Below the pieces are notes generated by a model that worked only from the letters and a program-made list of their open reading frames with translations, was not told the DNA's origin and ran no database searches. A DNA stretch of 50,778 bases from Chiloscyllium plagiosum. Lineage: Eukaryota. The stretch lies in contig NC_057719.1 in the NCBI RefSeq assembly GCF_004010195.1, forward strand, positions 94,968,599-95,019,376. Direction: 5' to 3'. Position numbers and translations under genes: made by a program. Shown in pieces: positions 13,491 to 24,647 of the stretch. Every line of letters starts with the position of its first letter. Position 1 is the first letter of the stretch.

Positions 13491-14527
13491 ATGATATTTC
13501 AAAGAGTGCGAGGGATAAGGTGAAAAAAATGGTTTTACCATTCAGCCACTTGAGCAGAAGTCTCACAAAGTACTGGGGGGAAAAATAAACTGGATTCACC
13601 ATTTATCCTTGATTTCTTTGGCTCTTTTTCCAAACTTATGGTAAATAACCAAAGGAATTGCCATGGAAATTCAGTCCTTTAACTACAGGTAAAAAGGCAT
13701 GGCGTTCACTTTGGACTGTAAGCAACAGACCACTTCATCACCATTTAAGGACATGGTTTAATATAGTAAACAGAATTTAAAAATACACCATTGATTTCAC
13801 TTGAACATTTCTGAAGCCAAGGCTTCTGATAATACTGAAAATACTTTCAGTCGAATTGCTGTTAAAAAAACACATTAATTCCTCAAGCAGCCATCAAAAC
13901 ATGTCCCAGAATTTTGTACAAGCTAACACATTTCAATTGTGTAATACTCATTCTGTTCATTTGAAAAATTGGGTGGTTTACGTATATTAATACATTGTCC
14001 TTTCACCACTGGGAATTATATGTCAATTTAGCCAAGAGACTGAGATAGGAATTTCCACACTTCTTATTGGCTGCTAGAACAAATATACCAGAAAATAATG
14101 TTATAATTGCTAAATCCTTAATCTACTATGATACTGTTTTAATCTGCTGTGATGCTTACTTTGGTATTAGAAATGTTTCCCATTTTATGAAATTCATCTG
14201 GGTCAGAAAATATTGAATTTCATTAAAAGAGCATTATCATTTAAACTGGAAAAAAGCACCTAATTTTTCCTAGATTTAAAGTAACAATATTGATGTTTGG
14301 TGGTGATAACAAATAAGAATGGATTTTCTAATGTTCATATCTTCTTGGCATTGGATGGGAATAGCCAGCATCGATTTAAAATCCTACTTAACAAAAGCTA
14401 CATTTCTAATGCTGGGACTGGACTGTAGTCTGACATCACAAATCGAAAACCTATAACTGCCAATAGGAATCAGGAAAATCCAGGAGTGTTTCACATGACA
14501 TGCCTGTCACAAATGTGGCCTTCTTCA

Positions 14528-14980
14528 AAGCAGCTGTGGCTCAGTTTGTAACACTCTGGTCCCAGAGTGAGAAGATTCAGAGCTCAAGTTCCAATCCATA
14601 CTTGGAGAATAAAATAAATGCTGCTATTCCAGAATATGATTGAAGGAGCATGTCAGTGCGGAACGTGCTAATTTCAGGATGATACAATGGTAACACCCCC
14701 ATCTGTCTGGTCAGGTGGATGAACAAGATATATCATTATTTCAATATTAGAAAGAGAGTTAGGCCTAGGGTACTGGCCAATATTTATCCCTCAATCAACA
14801 TTACAAAAATAAATAGATTATCTAGTTACTATCATATTGCTGTTTTTTGGGGGGTTTTATTCTGTACGTTTTGGCTGTTCTGCTTCCTATGCTACAATAA
14901 CCATGCTTTAGAAGTGCTTCATTTATGTAAAGCATTCTATGCCACCCGGTGGTTGTAAGAAATGTTATTAAATTGGGAGC
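14528..14980 (+). mobile_element. Old Deu-domain SINE (SacSINE1/AmnSINE1-like)
   Basis: tRNA-like head (gctgtggctcagtttgtaacactc...gctcaagttcc), central ctggccaatatttatccctcaatcaacat motif and an L2-like tail (tgtaaagcatt...). Confidence 0.7.
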
Positions 14981-15180
14981 CCTTCTTTGTTTCTTTTTCC
15001 TTGAATTCATTGACTACAGCATCATGTTTCTGGGGCACCTGTAAGCCAAGGTGACCAGCCAGAAAGATCACAATAGAAAATTAGGTGGTAACTCTTCTGT
15101 TTCATGTAAGTGACTGACTGATCTGTTCTTACTGACAAAAGCAACATTTTGCCTCCCCACCAAAAAATCTGATAGAAATT

Positions 15181-15341
15181 TTAGATTAGATTAGATTAGA
15201 TTAGATTACTTACAGTATGGAAACAGGCCCTTCGGCCCAACAAGTCCACACCGCCCCGCCGAAGCGCAACCCACCCATAGTCCTATATTTACCCCTTACC
15301 CAACACTACGGGCAATTTAGCATGGCCAATTCACCTGACCT
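15181..15341 (-). mobile_element. 5'-truncated HE1-like SINE with (TCTAA)n tail
   Basis: Contains tacagtatggaaacaggcccttcggcccaacaagtccacac and gggcaatttagcatggccaattcacct, shared with the other HE1 copies. Confidence 0.8.
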
Positions 15342-15584
15342 AATCTAAAATCTAAAGTCTAAAATCTAATCTAAAAATCTAAAGTCATACTCGATAGCCT
15401 GAGGTTATTACACATAGCATTCGTGAGTTTAATGGTAGGAAGAATACTTTGTCTTAATTTACTTAAAGCTTGTGACTAAGCATCTAGTCACACACAGAAT
15501 TGTCAAGGTGTTGGAGGATGCTATCAAGCTTATTCTGAGCACTGACCTTCACTTTGTTCTTTTCCAGAACAAGAGACGTATTTT

Positions 15585-16142
15585 AAAAATTCATTTGCAG
15601 GATATGAGCATTACTGGCCAGGCCAGAACTGCCCATCTCTAATTATCCAGTGGGCAGTGAAGAGTCAACCACATTATTGTGGGTCTGGAGTCACATGCAA
15701 ACCAGAGCATGAAAGGATGGCAAATTCCATTCCTTAAAGGAGAGTAATGAACCAAATGGGTTTTTTATGACAACCAACATAGCTGCCATTAGGCTAGAGT
15801 TTTATTTCAGACTTTTACTGAATTCAATTTTTACCATTTGCTGTGGTGGGATTTGCAGGATATTAGCCTGGGCTTCTGGATTATTAGATTAGAGTAGTGG
15901 TGGAAAAGCGCAGCAGGTCAGGCAGCATCTGAGGAGCAGGAAAATCGACATTTCAGGCAAAAGCCCTTCATCAGGCTTTTGCTCAAAACATCGATTCTCC
16001 TGTTCCTTGGATACTGCCTGACCTGCTGTGCTTTTCCAGTACCACCCTACTGTTGACTCTAATCTCCAGCATCTGCAGTCCTCACTTTTGCCCTGTTCTG
16101 GATTATTAGCCCAGTAATATTACCACCATATCAGCACCTCCC
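15585..16142 (-). mobile_element. tRNA-derived shark SINE (LINE-type tail) carrying a PLE mini-element insertion
   Basis: Reverse complement of the family at 26865-27200 and 30323-30772 (gttgactctt..ctgccc, tgtgactccagaccca). Confidence 0.7.
15888..16095. mobile_element. Fold-back PLE-derived mini-element, family A variant
   Basis: Inverted arms tggaaaagcgcagcaggtcaggcagcatc / gatactgcctgacctgctgtgcttttcca. Exact 14-bp TSD ttctggattattag (15874-15887/16096-16109). Confidence 0.85.
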
Positions 16143-16869
16143 CACATGATTAAGAATTTGGCTGTTCTCAATCACACATACAAGTGCATGTCCTGTCACT
16201 ATGAAATGCCTTCAGTAATACCATCACAATAATCCTAATACAATTAAGAGAAAGAAAATGATGGTGTAATTTTAAGAGGTTTTCAATTTTTTTTCTGAAA
16301 ACGCAATTAACTGCTTTCCAGACTCTGTTACCAGTAATTTATCATTAGTGAGCAGTGTTGCATCACTTGTTTCTGGTTAACGTAACGAGACATTTAGGTA
16401 TTCTCTTTGTTGTCTCTTTTCGTTAAACTGAACAGTGGTTGATGTATAATGAACAATTCCATTACTCACTAACTAAACCTATGAGCCTGCTAATTAAAAC
16501 ATGAGGCCATTGTTAATAAAACAATGTGGTGAAATCTTCCATGATGTCTCAAAACTCAGCTGGGGCATGAGTTACCTGACAGCAGATGGTGTTACTTCTC
16601 CACTGGTAGAAAATAGTGACAATGGATCAGCATTCCTCTTCAGCTTCCAGCAACAACTGTTTTAATGTATTACTCTGGTTCAGGTACTGAACTCATTGAA
16701 AAGTTCTGGTTCATTTACAGTGTTTTTACAAAGGGTATTCAAATTCTCAAACTGCCAGGATGGGACTCAAACTTCCCATTGAGGAAGAGTTTATCTGAAA
16801 CAACTGTACGTAGGTTTTTATCCCATCACCAAGACACCCTATATTTGCGCATGCAAGTATATGGGCTCT

Positions 16870-16998
16870 AGGCAAAAGTGGATACTGATTGGAGATTACA
16901 GTCTAGATTAGAGTGGTGCTGGAAAAGCACAGCAGTTCAGGCAGCATCGGAGGAGCAGGAGAATCAATGTTTTGGACAAAAGCGATTCCTGATGAAGG
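16870..16998. mobile_element. Decayed family A PLE mini-element
   Basis: gtgctggaaaagcacagcagttcaggcagcatc arm followed by attcctgatgaagg. Confidence 0.65.
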
Positions 16999-17251
16999 AG
17001 TGAACTGCTTCCCTCACTCATTGTTACCCATCCCAAATCAGACACCAGTCACCTTGCACTTCCTAATCGCTCACTCAGGACACCTCCTCACCTGCTTCAA
17101 CTTAACGGTTATGCCTGAAATAACTCCACAGAGCTTAGTATACCATCAATAAGTCATCCTTTATTGACATGTATGTACTACTTGACACTAGTATGGCTTC
17201 CTCGGAGCCAGCTCTCAGAGTGAGCAGAACCTCTGACCCTTCCTTTACTTT

Positions 17252-18361
17252 GTTGTGTGTGTGTGTGCAGGTGTCAGACACAGTGATGAACAACAAGCTT
17301 GTAAATCTTTATTTATATTCCACCATCAGGAAGAAAGGAAACACCCCGGGGCCAGTGACAAGCAGTGCCCTTCACATCAAAGGGTGATATTGCGTGATCA
17401 AACAGTGAAGGGGAGGGCAGGGACTAAATCAAAAGAGAGTTGGAGGGGGGAATAAAACACTCCATTCCCTGCCACACTCCTGTTTATTTTATTTATTTTA
17501 AACAAAAACTAAAAGATAAACTCTTCCTCAATGGGAAGACACCAACAGAATCAATCAGTCTCCTCTCCTCTCCCTTTTATACAGGGAAATAAAAAGAGCA
17601 GAGTCCTCCACTCACACAGATCTAGCTCCCTCAGAGTCAGCTCTCAGAGTGGGCAGGATGCCGAGCACTTCTGTTTTCTTTGTCTCTCCTATTTTCTTCT
17701 TTTTCCACACTACCGTCTAACTGCGGTAGTGTTTATATTTTCCCAGCACCCATGGTGTGTGTGTGTGTGTGCAGGTATAAGACACGGTGAAGAACAACAG
17801 GTCTACCAATCTTTAATCAATTTCCACCACCAGGAAGAAAGGAAACACCCGAGTGGCCAGTGACAAGCAGTGCCCTTCACATCAAAGGGCAATGCTGTGT
17901 GATCAAACAATGAAGGGGAGGGTAGGGATTAAATCAAAATAGAGTTGGAGGGGGAAATAATATACTCGACTCCCTGCGAGACTCCTGTTTATTTTATTAT
18001 TACGAGACTCCTGTTTATTTTTTTTTCTACAAGAGACAGCAATTTGTTCTCCTGGATGTATTTTTTTTTTTTTCTTTTTTTTAATTTTAACCCCCACACT
18101 ACCACCTAAGTGCGGTAGTGCTTATTTTATCCCCAGCACCCATGGTGTGTGTGTGCAGGTGTGAGACACAGTGAAAGACACAAAGTGCACCAACCTTTAT
18201 TCAATTTCCACCACCAGGAAGAAAGGAAACACCCGGGTGGCCAGTGACAAGCAGTACCCTTCACATCAAAGGGCAATGCTGTGTGATCAAACAGTGAAGG
18301 GGAGGGTAGGGATTAAATCAAAATAGAGTTGGAGGGGGAAATAATATACTCGACTCCCTGC
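17252..18361 (-). mobile_element. Three copies of a ~220-340 bp retroposon 3' end (probable Tx1-clade), stacked inside the Gypsy 3' LTR
   Basis: Copies at ~17252-17472, ~17674-17977 and ~18019-18361. Copies 2 and 3 start on the minus strand with QGVEYIISPSNSILI* (copy 1 is a diverged version), followed by a UTR; copies 2 and 3 end in a hairpin and an A-rich tail. They are flanked by repeated actcctgtttat. Confidence 0.65.
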
Positions 18362-18397
18362 GAGACTCCTGTTTATTTTATTATTACGAGACTCCTG

Positions 18398-18429
18398 TTT
18401 ATATCTGTCAGCCAGAGCTCTCCAATTGG
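18398..18429 (-). promoter_or_regulatory. Putative LTR promoter: CCAAT box and TATA box
   Basis: Minus-strand CCAAT (18429-18425) then TATAAA (18403-18398), ~100 bp into the LTR; an LTR AATAAA lies at ~17165-17160. Confidence 0.55.
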
Positions 18430-18799
18430 CCGAGGTTAACAACCCAAACAAGGATTGCATAGTCAACAAGATCCACCTTGCTCTCGTTCTAATCACTACA
18501 TACTTCCCCCCCACTGCATCCAGGGATTTCAGCCCAATCTTTTTCTTGTAGCTTCTCCTGGGCCATTTCCGCCCCAGGTCCAGTTCCTCTGATTCTGACT
18601 CAGACATAGATGGTGTGTATTGGTCCATAGCCCATCTCTTGCATCCAGAGTGTCTCAGGAGAGTTTCCTTCTCCTCTTCATGTGGTAGTTATATTGAGGC
18701 TGTATCCATCTCTGAGGATTTCACCTGAGGTTTCATTGATTCTAGAGGGAGAGAACGCACTGGTTTGGACACCTATTCTGGTTTTTCTGAGGGGCCAGG

Positions 18800-19746
18800 T
18801 ATAGAACATAGAACATAGTTACAGCGCAATACAGGCACTTCAGCCTTCGATGTTGCACCGACCTGTGGAACCAATCTGAAGCCTATCTATCCTATACTAT
18901 TCCATTCTCATCCATATGTTTATCCAATGACCATTTAAATGCCCTTAAAGTTGGCCAGTCTACTATTGTTGCTGGCAGGGCATTCCACACCCTGACTACT
19001 CTCTGAGTAAAGAAACTATCTCTGACATTTGTCCTATATCTATCACCCTTCAATTTAAAGCTATGATTCCTCATACTAGCCATCACCATCCGAGGAAACA
19101 GGCTCTCACTGTCCACCCTATCTAATCCTCAGATTATCTTATATGTTTCAATTAAGTCACCTCTCAACCTTTTTTCTCTCTAATGAAAACAACTTCAAAT
19201 CCCTCAGCCTTTCCCCATAAGTCCTTTCCTCCATACCAGGCAACATCCTAGTAAATCTCCTCTGAATCATTTCCAAAGCTTCCACATCCTTCCTATAATG
19301 CGGTGACCAGAACTGTACGCAATACTCCAAGTGCGGCCACACCAAAGTTTTGTACAGCTGCAGCATGACCTCATGGTTCTGAAAGTCAATCCCTCTCCCA
19401 ATAAAAGCTAACATACCATATACCTTCTTAACTACCCCATCAGACTGGGTGGCAACTTTCAGGGATCTATGTACATGGACACTGAGATCGCTCTGCTCAT
19501 CCACACTATCAAGAATCTTACTATTACTCAAATACTCCATATTCCTGTTACTCCTTCCAAAGTGAATCACCTCACAATTTTCCACATTAAACTCTATTTG
19601 CCACCTCTCAGTCCAGCTTTGTAGCTTATCTATGTCCCTCTGTAACCTGCAACATCCTTCAGCACTGTTCACAATTCCATCAACCTTTGTGTCATTTGCA
19701 AATTTACTAACCCATCCTTCTATGTCCTCATCCAGGTCATTTAGAA
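18800..19746 (-). mobile_element. 5'-truncated CR1-type LINE (same family as 4757-5948) inserted in the Gypsy element
   Basis: ORF 19157-19858 contains NDLDEDIEGWVSKFANDTK and PHLEYCVQFWSPH; a (agaacat)n tail lies at ~18801. Confidence 0.9.
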
Positions 19747-20113
19747 AAAACGTTTGCTCCTGCCCTGTTTGCATGGTAGCAGCTTTTATTTGATTCCTAT
19801 GTTCACTCAGGACTGCTTCACCTCCCCAAACTTTGTATGACATGGGACCTGACCTCACGCTGACCTAATGCCCATGTGGGGCCATTTCAGTGGTTTCAAC
19901 ACCATTCGCAAATTTACTAACCCATCCTTCTATGTCCTCATCCAGGTCATTTAGAAAAAACATTTGCTCCTGCCCTGTTTGCATGGTAGCAGCTTTTATT
20001 TGATTCCTATGTTCACTCAGGACTGCATCACCTCCCCAAACTTTGTATGACATGGGACCTGACCTCACGCTGACCTAATGCCCATGTGGGGCCATTTCAG
20101 TGGTTTCAACACC
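19694..20113. repeat. Near-perfect 210-bp tandem duplication spanning the LINE/Gypsy junction
   Basis: gcaaatttactaacccatcc at 19698 and 19908; the copies differ at only a few positions. Confidence 0.92.
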
Positions 20114-21451
20114 AACTGCTTCTCCCAGGTGACCAGAACTGAAGTTATACCCATAATCTGCAACAGTTCCCTGGAGTACATTCTCAGTCTGGCCAAGGTC
20201 TTGTGTAAATGTAAGGGTTGGAGTCTAGAGTGAACCTGCAACCACCAATACAACTGCACCGATATGAATCTCCATGAGAAACAGATGACCATTAGTTTTG
20301 ATTGTTTCTGATTTGGATGTTATTTAGCAGTTTAGCCATTCCAAATCACATTGAGGTGGACTTTCCAGGGTGAGCACTCTCTTGGATACGAACCTTATGA
20401 GTTTTTATTACTCACGTCAGGCCTTGTGGGACTCCTTTGCTGTCTCAAGTCTGCATACTGGCAGCAACTACAACAGCTGGCTGGCCTGTATCCTGAAGAA
20501 TATTTTAGCCATTTGGCCAAAGTTCAGCTTTGCTTTGGGGTTTTGCTGTGGGTGACATAGAGTTCAGGATATGCCCTGCATAAGGCTCTGTGATTGCCTT
20601 TACTCAAGCTCAGTCAGACAGGTGAAGGTGACCACTTTCATTGGGATGCTTTGTGGCTCCCATACTCCATTCTCTGCACTTTCCAATGATAAAGACAGTT
20701 GCAGTGCCTGCTTGAAGTTCAGTTGGGCTTCAGCTAATAGTCGATTTTGTGTGATTACATCATTAATCCCACATACCAAGTGGTGTGTTAGCATCTCATT
20801 CAGGGTTAGTTCAGAATCATATGGGTCAAAATTGTAGAGAGAGGAGGAAAACTTCTTCAAGGCAGGCATCCTTGCAAGAGGATTCGCAGTAGGGTTAATG
20901 GCCCTGCCATTTAACTTCATCAAACGTTCCAATACGGATTCCCATGGTTCTCAAACTGCCAAATAAAACTGATAGTGTCTCAGAATTACAGAATTAATAT
21001 TCCTTAACTAAGTACATCAATTCTTGGAAATGTTTTAGTATCTGCTGCCTCAGTGAAAGTTAGGCTCCTAATAATTGAAAAAGCTGCAGGTCTGCAAGCA
21101 ATCAGAATGATTGCTCTTTGCATTTCATCTGCCCCAATGTCATTTGTCTGGAAATGATAACACACTCTTTCTACATTCTAGGCCCAGTCTTCAATGGCAA
21201 GATTGAATGGGTCAAGCTGCCCAAATAACAGCATGATGCCAGAAATGCTTACCCCCGACTTAAAGACAACTATTGCGAACACATGTTCTTCAGGAGCAGA
21301 CTGTTCTCTCTTGTTACTGTGATGTAGTGATTGGAACAAGGGTCAAGTGGATCTCAATGACTATGAGATCCCTGATTGGCCTGGGTTAACAACCCTAATC
21401 AAGGATCTCATAGTCAATGAGACCCACCTGGCCCTCGCTCCAAACACTACA

Positions 21452-21878
21452 CCCTCAAAACCTTGCCCATTCATGTACCTGAGCTGAAAATGTGTTGTTG
21501 GAAAAGCGCAGCAGGTCAGGCAGCATCCAAAGAGCAGGAGAATCTACGTTTCGGGCATGAGCCCTTCTTCAGGAAAGCAGGAGAATCGATGTTTCGGGCA
21601 TGAACCCTTCCTGAAGAAGGGCTCATGCCCAAAACGTCGATTCTCCTGCACCTTGGATGCTGCCTGACCTGCTGCGCTTTTCCAGCAACACATTTTTCAG
21701 CTCTGATCTCCAGCATCTGCAGTCCTCACTTTCTCCATTCATGTACCTGTCCAAATGTCTTTTAAGTGTTGTAACTGTACCTGCATCCACAATTTCCTCT
21801 GGCTGTTCATTTCACATACAAACCAGTCTCTGTGTGAAAGAGTTGCCCCTCGGGTCTCTTTTAAATTTTTCTCCACCC
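21452..21878 (-). mobile_element. CR1 3' fragment containing a family A fold-back PLE mini-element (21482-21734)
   Basis: Exact 15-bp TSD ccattcatgtacctg (21467-21481/21735-21749); inverted arms with a CTGAAGA A GGGC tcat GCCC core and an internal partial duplication. Confidence 0.85.
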
Positions 21879-22267
21879 AATGGAAAATCAAGTTCCCTTA
21901 CAGTTTCTATCAGAGAAAAGAAATTACAACTCTCTTTAAAAGTAGCTTAAAAATATGGAGACAACAGAGAAATCCCATGATCATAAATCACCTTGCTTTC
22001 TCAAGTTAATAAGGCAGGAGATTTAAAGTCCTGAGAAACTATTGCCCTGTTCGCAATCTTATATATAAATGCACTGGATTACACTACAGATCAGTCATCA
22101 GGGTCCTTTAGTATGTACTATCACAATACATGCATTTCCTTTTGTTTTGCAAAGTATTACCAAAGGAAAGGTCTAATTGGATCAAAATTAGCACTGAATG
22201 CCAAGAACAGATGGCTGCTTAGTTTTAAGGCTGAAATGTAGGTCTGGCAAATCACTAAACCATTCTA

Positions 22268-23000
22268 AACAGAGGAGAATTAAGCCATTCAGTCCATCAG
22301 GTCTGGTCTGCTCTGCCATTTGGTCATAGTTGATATGTTTCTCATGCCATTCCATTGCCCTCTCCCCATTATCCTTAAGCTCCTTACTGATCAAGAACCT
22401 ATCTATCTCTGTCTAAAATACACATAATGACTTGGACTCAACAACCTTCTGCAGCAATGAGTTCCACAGAATCACCACCTTCTGGCTAAAGGAATTCCTC
22501 CCCATCTCAGTTCTAAAGGGTCGTCCCTTCTCTCAGATGCTATGCCCTGGGACCTAGTCTGTCCTATCCAGGACTCTCTGTATTCTATAAGTTTCAATCA
22601 GATCCGCCCCCCACCCCATCCTTTTAAATTCCATCGAGTACTGACCAAAAGTCCTCAACTGCTTACAATATTCCAAATATAATGTACATCTCTGCTATTG
22701 TATTCTATCCCTGTTGAAGTGAATGCCAACATTGTATTTGCCTTTCTGACAATTGAACCTGTATGTTATCCTTAAGAGAATCCTAAATGAGGACTTCTAA
22801 GTTCAATTTGCTTCAGAGTTCCAAAGCCTTTTCCCATTTAGAAGATAATCTATACCTCTACTCTTTCAACTAAAGTGTATAACCTCACACTTTCCCACAT
22901 TATACTCTATCTGCCATTTCTTCACCCACTCTCCCAGCGTGTCCAAGTCCTTCTGCAGCCTCCATGGTGCTGCCTCAGCAAAACCAGTCCCTCCACTTGT
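22268..23000 (-). mobile_element. CR1-type LINE 3' fragment (family of 127-2310)
   Basis: Reverse-complement similarity to 1450-2300 (catctcagttctaaaggg, gagttccacaga). Confidence 0.75.
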
Positions 23001-23387
23001 CTTTCTGTTTTACGTAAGATGTAATTATGTCAATCGCACACCTATCATTTGGATGGCTGAAACATATCTCAAACCTTTTGTCAGCTGATCAGTTAGCAAA
23101 TACCCTCGAGTTTCCTACATGTTGAAAATAGATGCTTTCAATGATAATCAGGGAAAGAGATGAAACATCCAAGTAAATGATTTTTCCAGAAATACAATAA
23201 AATAAGAATAGGTAGGGTAGTGTACAGGAAAGGCAATGCAATTATCAGTAAAATTAAAAAGCAAATTGGATTGGGCAGAAAAGAATTTAAAAAAACAATA
23301 GGATAGGGAAATTATTCATCTTTTTATTACAGTATTCAATATTTGACCATGTAATGTTAGTTGCAGAGAAATAATATTTATCATCAA

Positions 23388-23692
23388 ATCCCTACAGTGT
23401 AGAAACAGGCCCTTCAGCCCAACACCAGCCCTCCGAAGAGTAAATCACCCACACCCTTTCCCCTACTACTCTGCATTTACTCCTGACTAATGCACCTAAC
23501 CTGCACATCCCTGAAAACTATGGGCAATTTAGCATGGCCAATTCACCTAACCTCCACATCTTTGGATTGTGGGAGGAAACCCACGCAGACATGGGGAGAA
23601 TGTGCAAACTCCACACAGTGGCCTGAGGCAGGAATCAAACCAGAGTCCCTGGTGCTATGAGGTAGTCGTGCTAACCACTGAGCTACTGTGCC
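23388..23692 (-). mobile_element. Full-length HE1-like tRNA-derived SINE
   Basis: Minus strand: GGCACAGTAGCTCAGTGGTTAGCAC A-box head, GGTTTGATTCC B box, V-domain TGTGTGGAGTTTGCACATTCTCCCC, LINE-like 3' end GGGCCTGTTTCTACACTGTAGGGATT. Confidence 0.85.
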
Positions 23693-24647
23693 AACCGTTA
23701 ATTTCGAATATCTTTAGCACTGTGACATGTTTTCCAAAATCATAGTATCTAGGAGATCAAATCAAAAAAAGCTAGCAAACCAGCATGTCAGAGCTTTCCT
23801 AAACCCATTGGAAGCCTATGGTTATAAAACATTGCTGATATTTCAGGATGAAAAACTTATAACAAACCAAACACCAATGTTAAAACTACTATGAAACCTA
23901 ACTAATCTTTTCTCAAACAACAGATCAGATGATGATCGCATCATTCACTGATGTCTTTTAAGGAAGAAAATTTCCCATCCTTCCTGAGTTTTGTCTCTAT
24001 GTAACTTTAGAATCACAGCAACATGTTGACTTTTAACTTCTTCTTGGACATTAAGAATAACCAATAAATGCTAGCTTAGTCAGTACACTAAAATCCCATG
24101 AATGAATAAAAAACAGCACAGATCTTGTTCTAGTGGCAGCTGGGGCCTGGATCCAGAGATTCTGTCCCTAGTTCTGACATATTCCACATTAGCAAACAGG
24201 GATTTCGCTGCAGAGTTCAATCAGATCCCATTTTCAAAGCAGCAAGGGACTCAATCCATGGTATGGGAGTCAAATGAATCTAGAGTAGACACCAGAGTAG
24301 CTCTTGAACAGTGGACAACAGCATAACATAAAGCTGTTAAAACCTTATGTTTTAAAAATTAACCAAAAAGTCTGCCTTTGTCATCGAGAATTGAAAGAAC
24401 TCTTCTACCAATTGCAGTCATTGCTTATCGACATTTCCCCATGGGAAAATTATATCATTATGAATACTTGGCTGTTTTCCATAAGTTATACTTATCTCAG
24501 TGGGGAAGTTCAAAGTTCTTAGTTTGACAGCTAGGAGAGGTTATTAAAGGATTAACTGTCTTTGATTAAGGTTTGAATTGATTTTTTTGTAAGAAAATTA
24601 ACACTTGAAGAGATTTTAAATATTTGAATGGGTTTTCATGAATGGGA

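Larger units (their letters stand above)
17116..21451 (-). mobile_element. Internally deleted Gypsy-like (K02A2.6/Mag-type) LTR retrotransposon with multiple nested insertions
   Basis: On the minus strand: gag-like start MLLFGQLDPF..IEDW near 21234; gag motif LNEMLTHHLVCGINDVITQNRLLAEAQLNFKQALQL (ORF 20600-20932); protease-region LARLRMYSRELLQIMG; integrase C-terminal-like RSGPMSYKV. PPT GGGGGGAAGTA abuts a 3' LTR starting TGTAGTG at 18500 and ending ...TTTCA at 17116. RT/RNase H are not seen. Confidence 0.75.

Noticed and set aside
17111..21456. TSD around the Gypsy-like element
   Set aside because: The flanks (atgcc vs ccctc) do not match; the right flank is a CR1 fragment, so the original junction seems lost.
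23620..23692. tRNA-like sequences (also 38470-38910, 47950-48010, 14528-14600)
   Set aside because: These are SINE heads with A/B boxes but no complete cloverleaf, so not tRNA genes.
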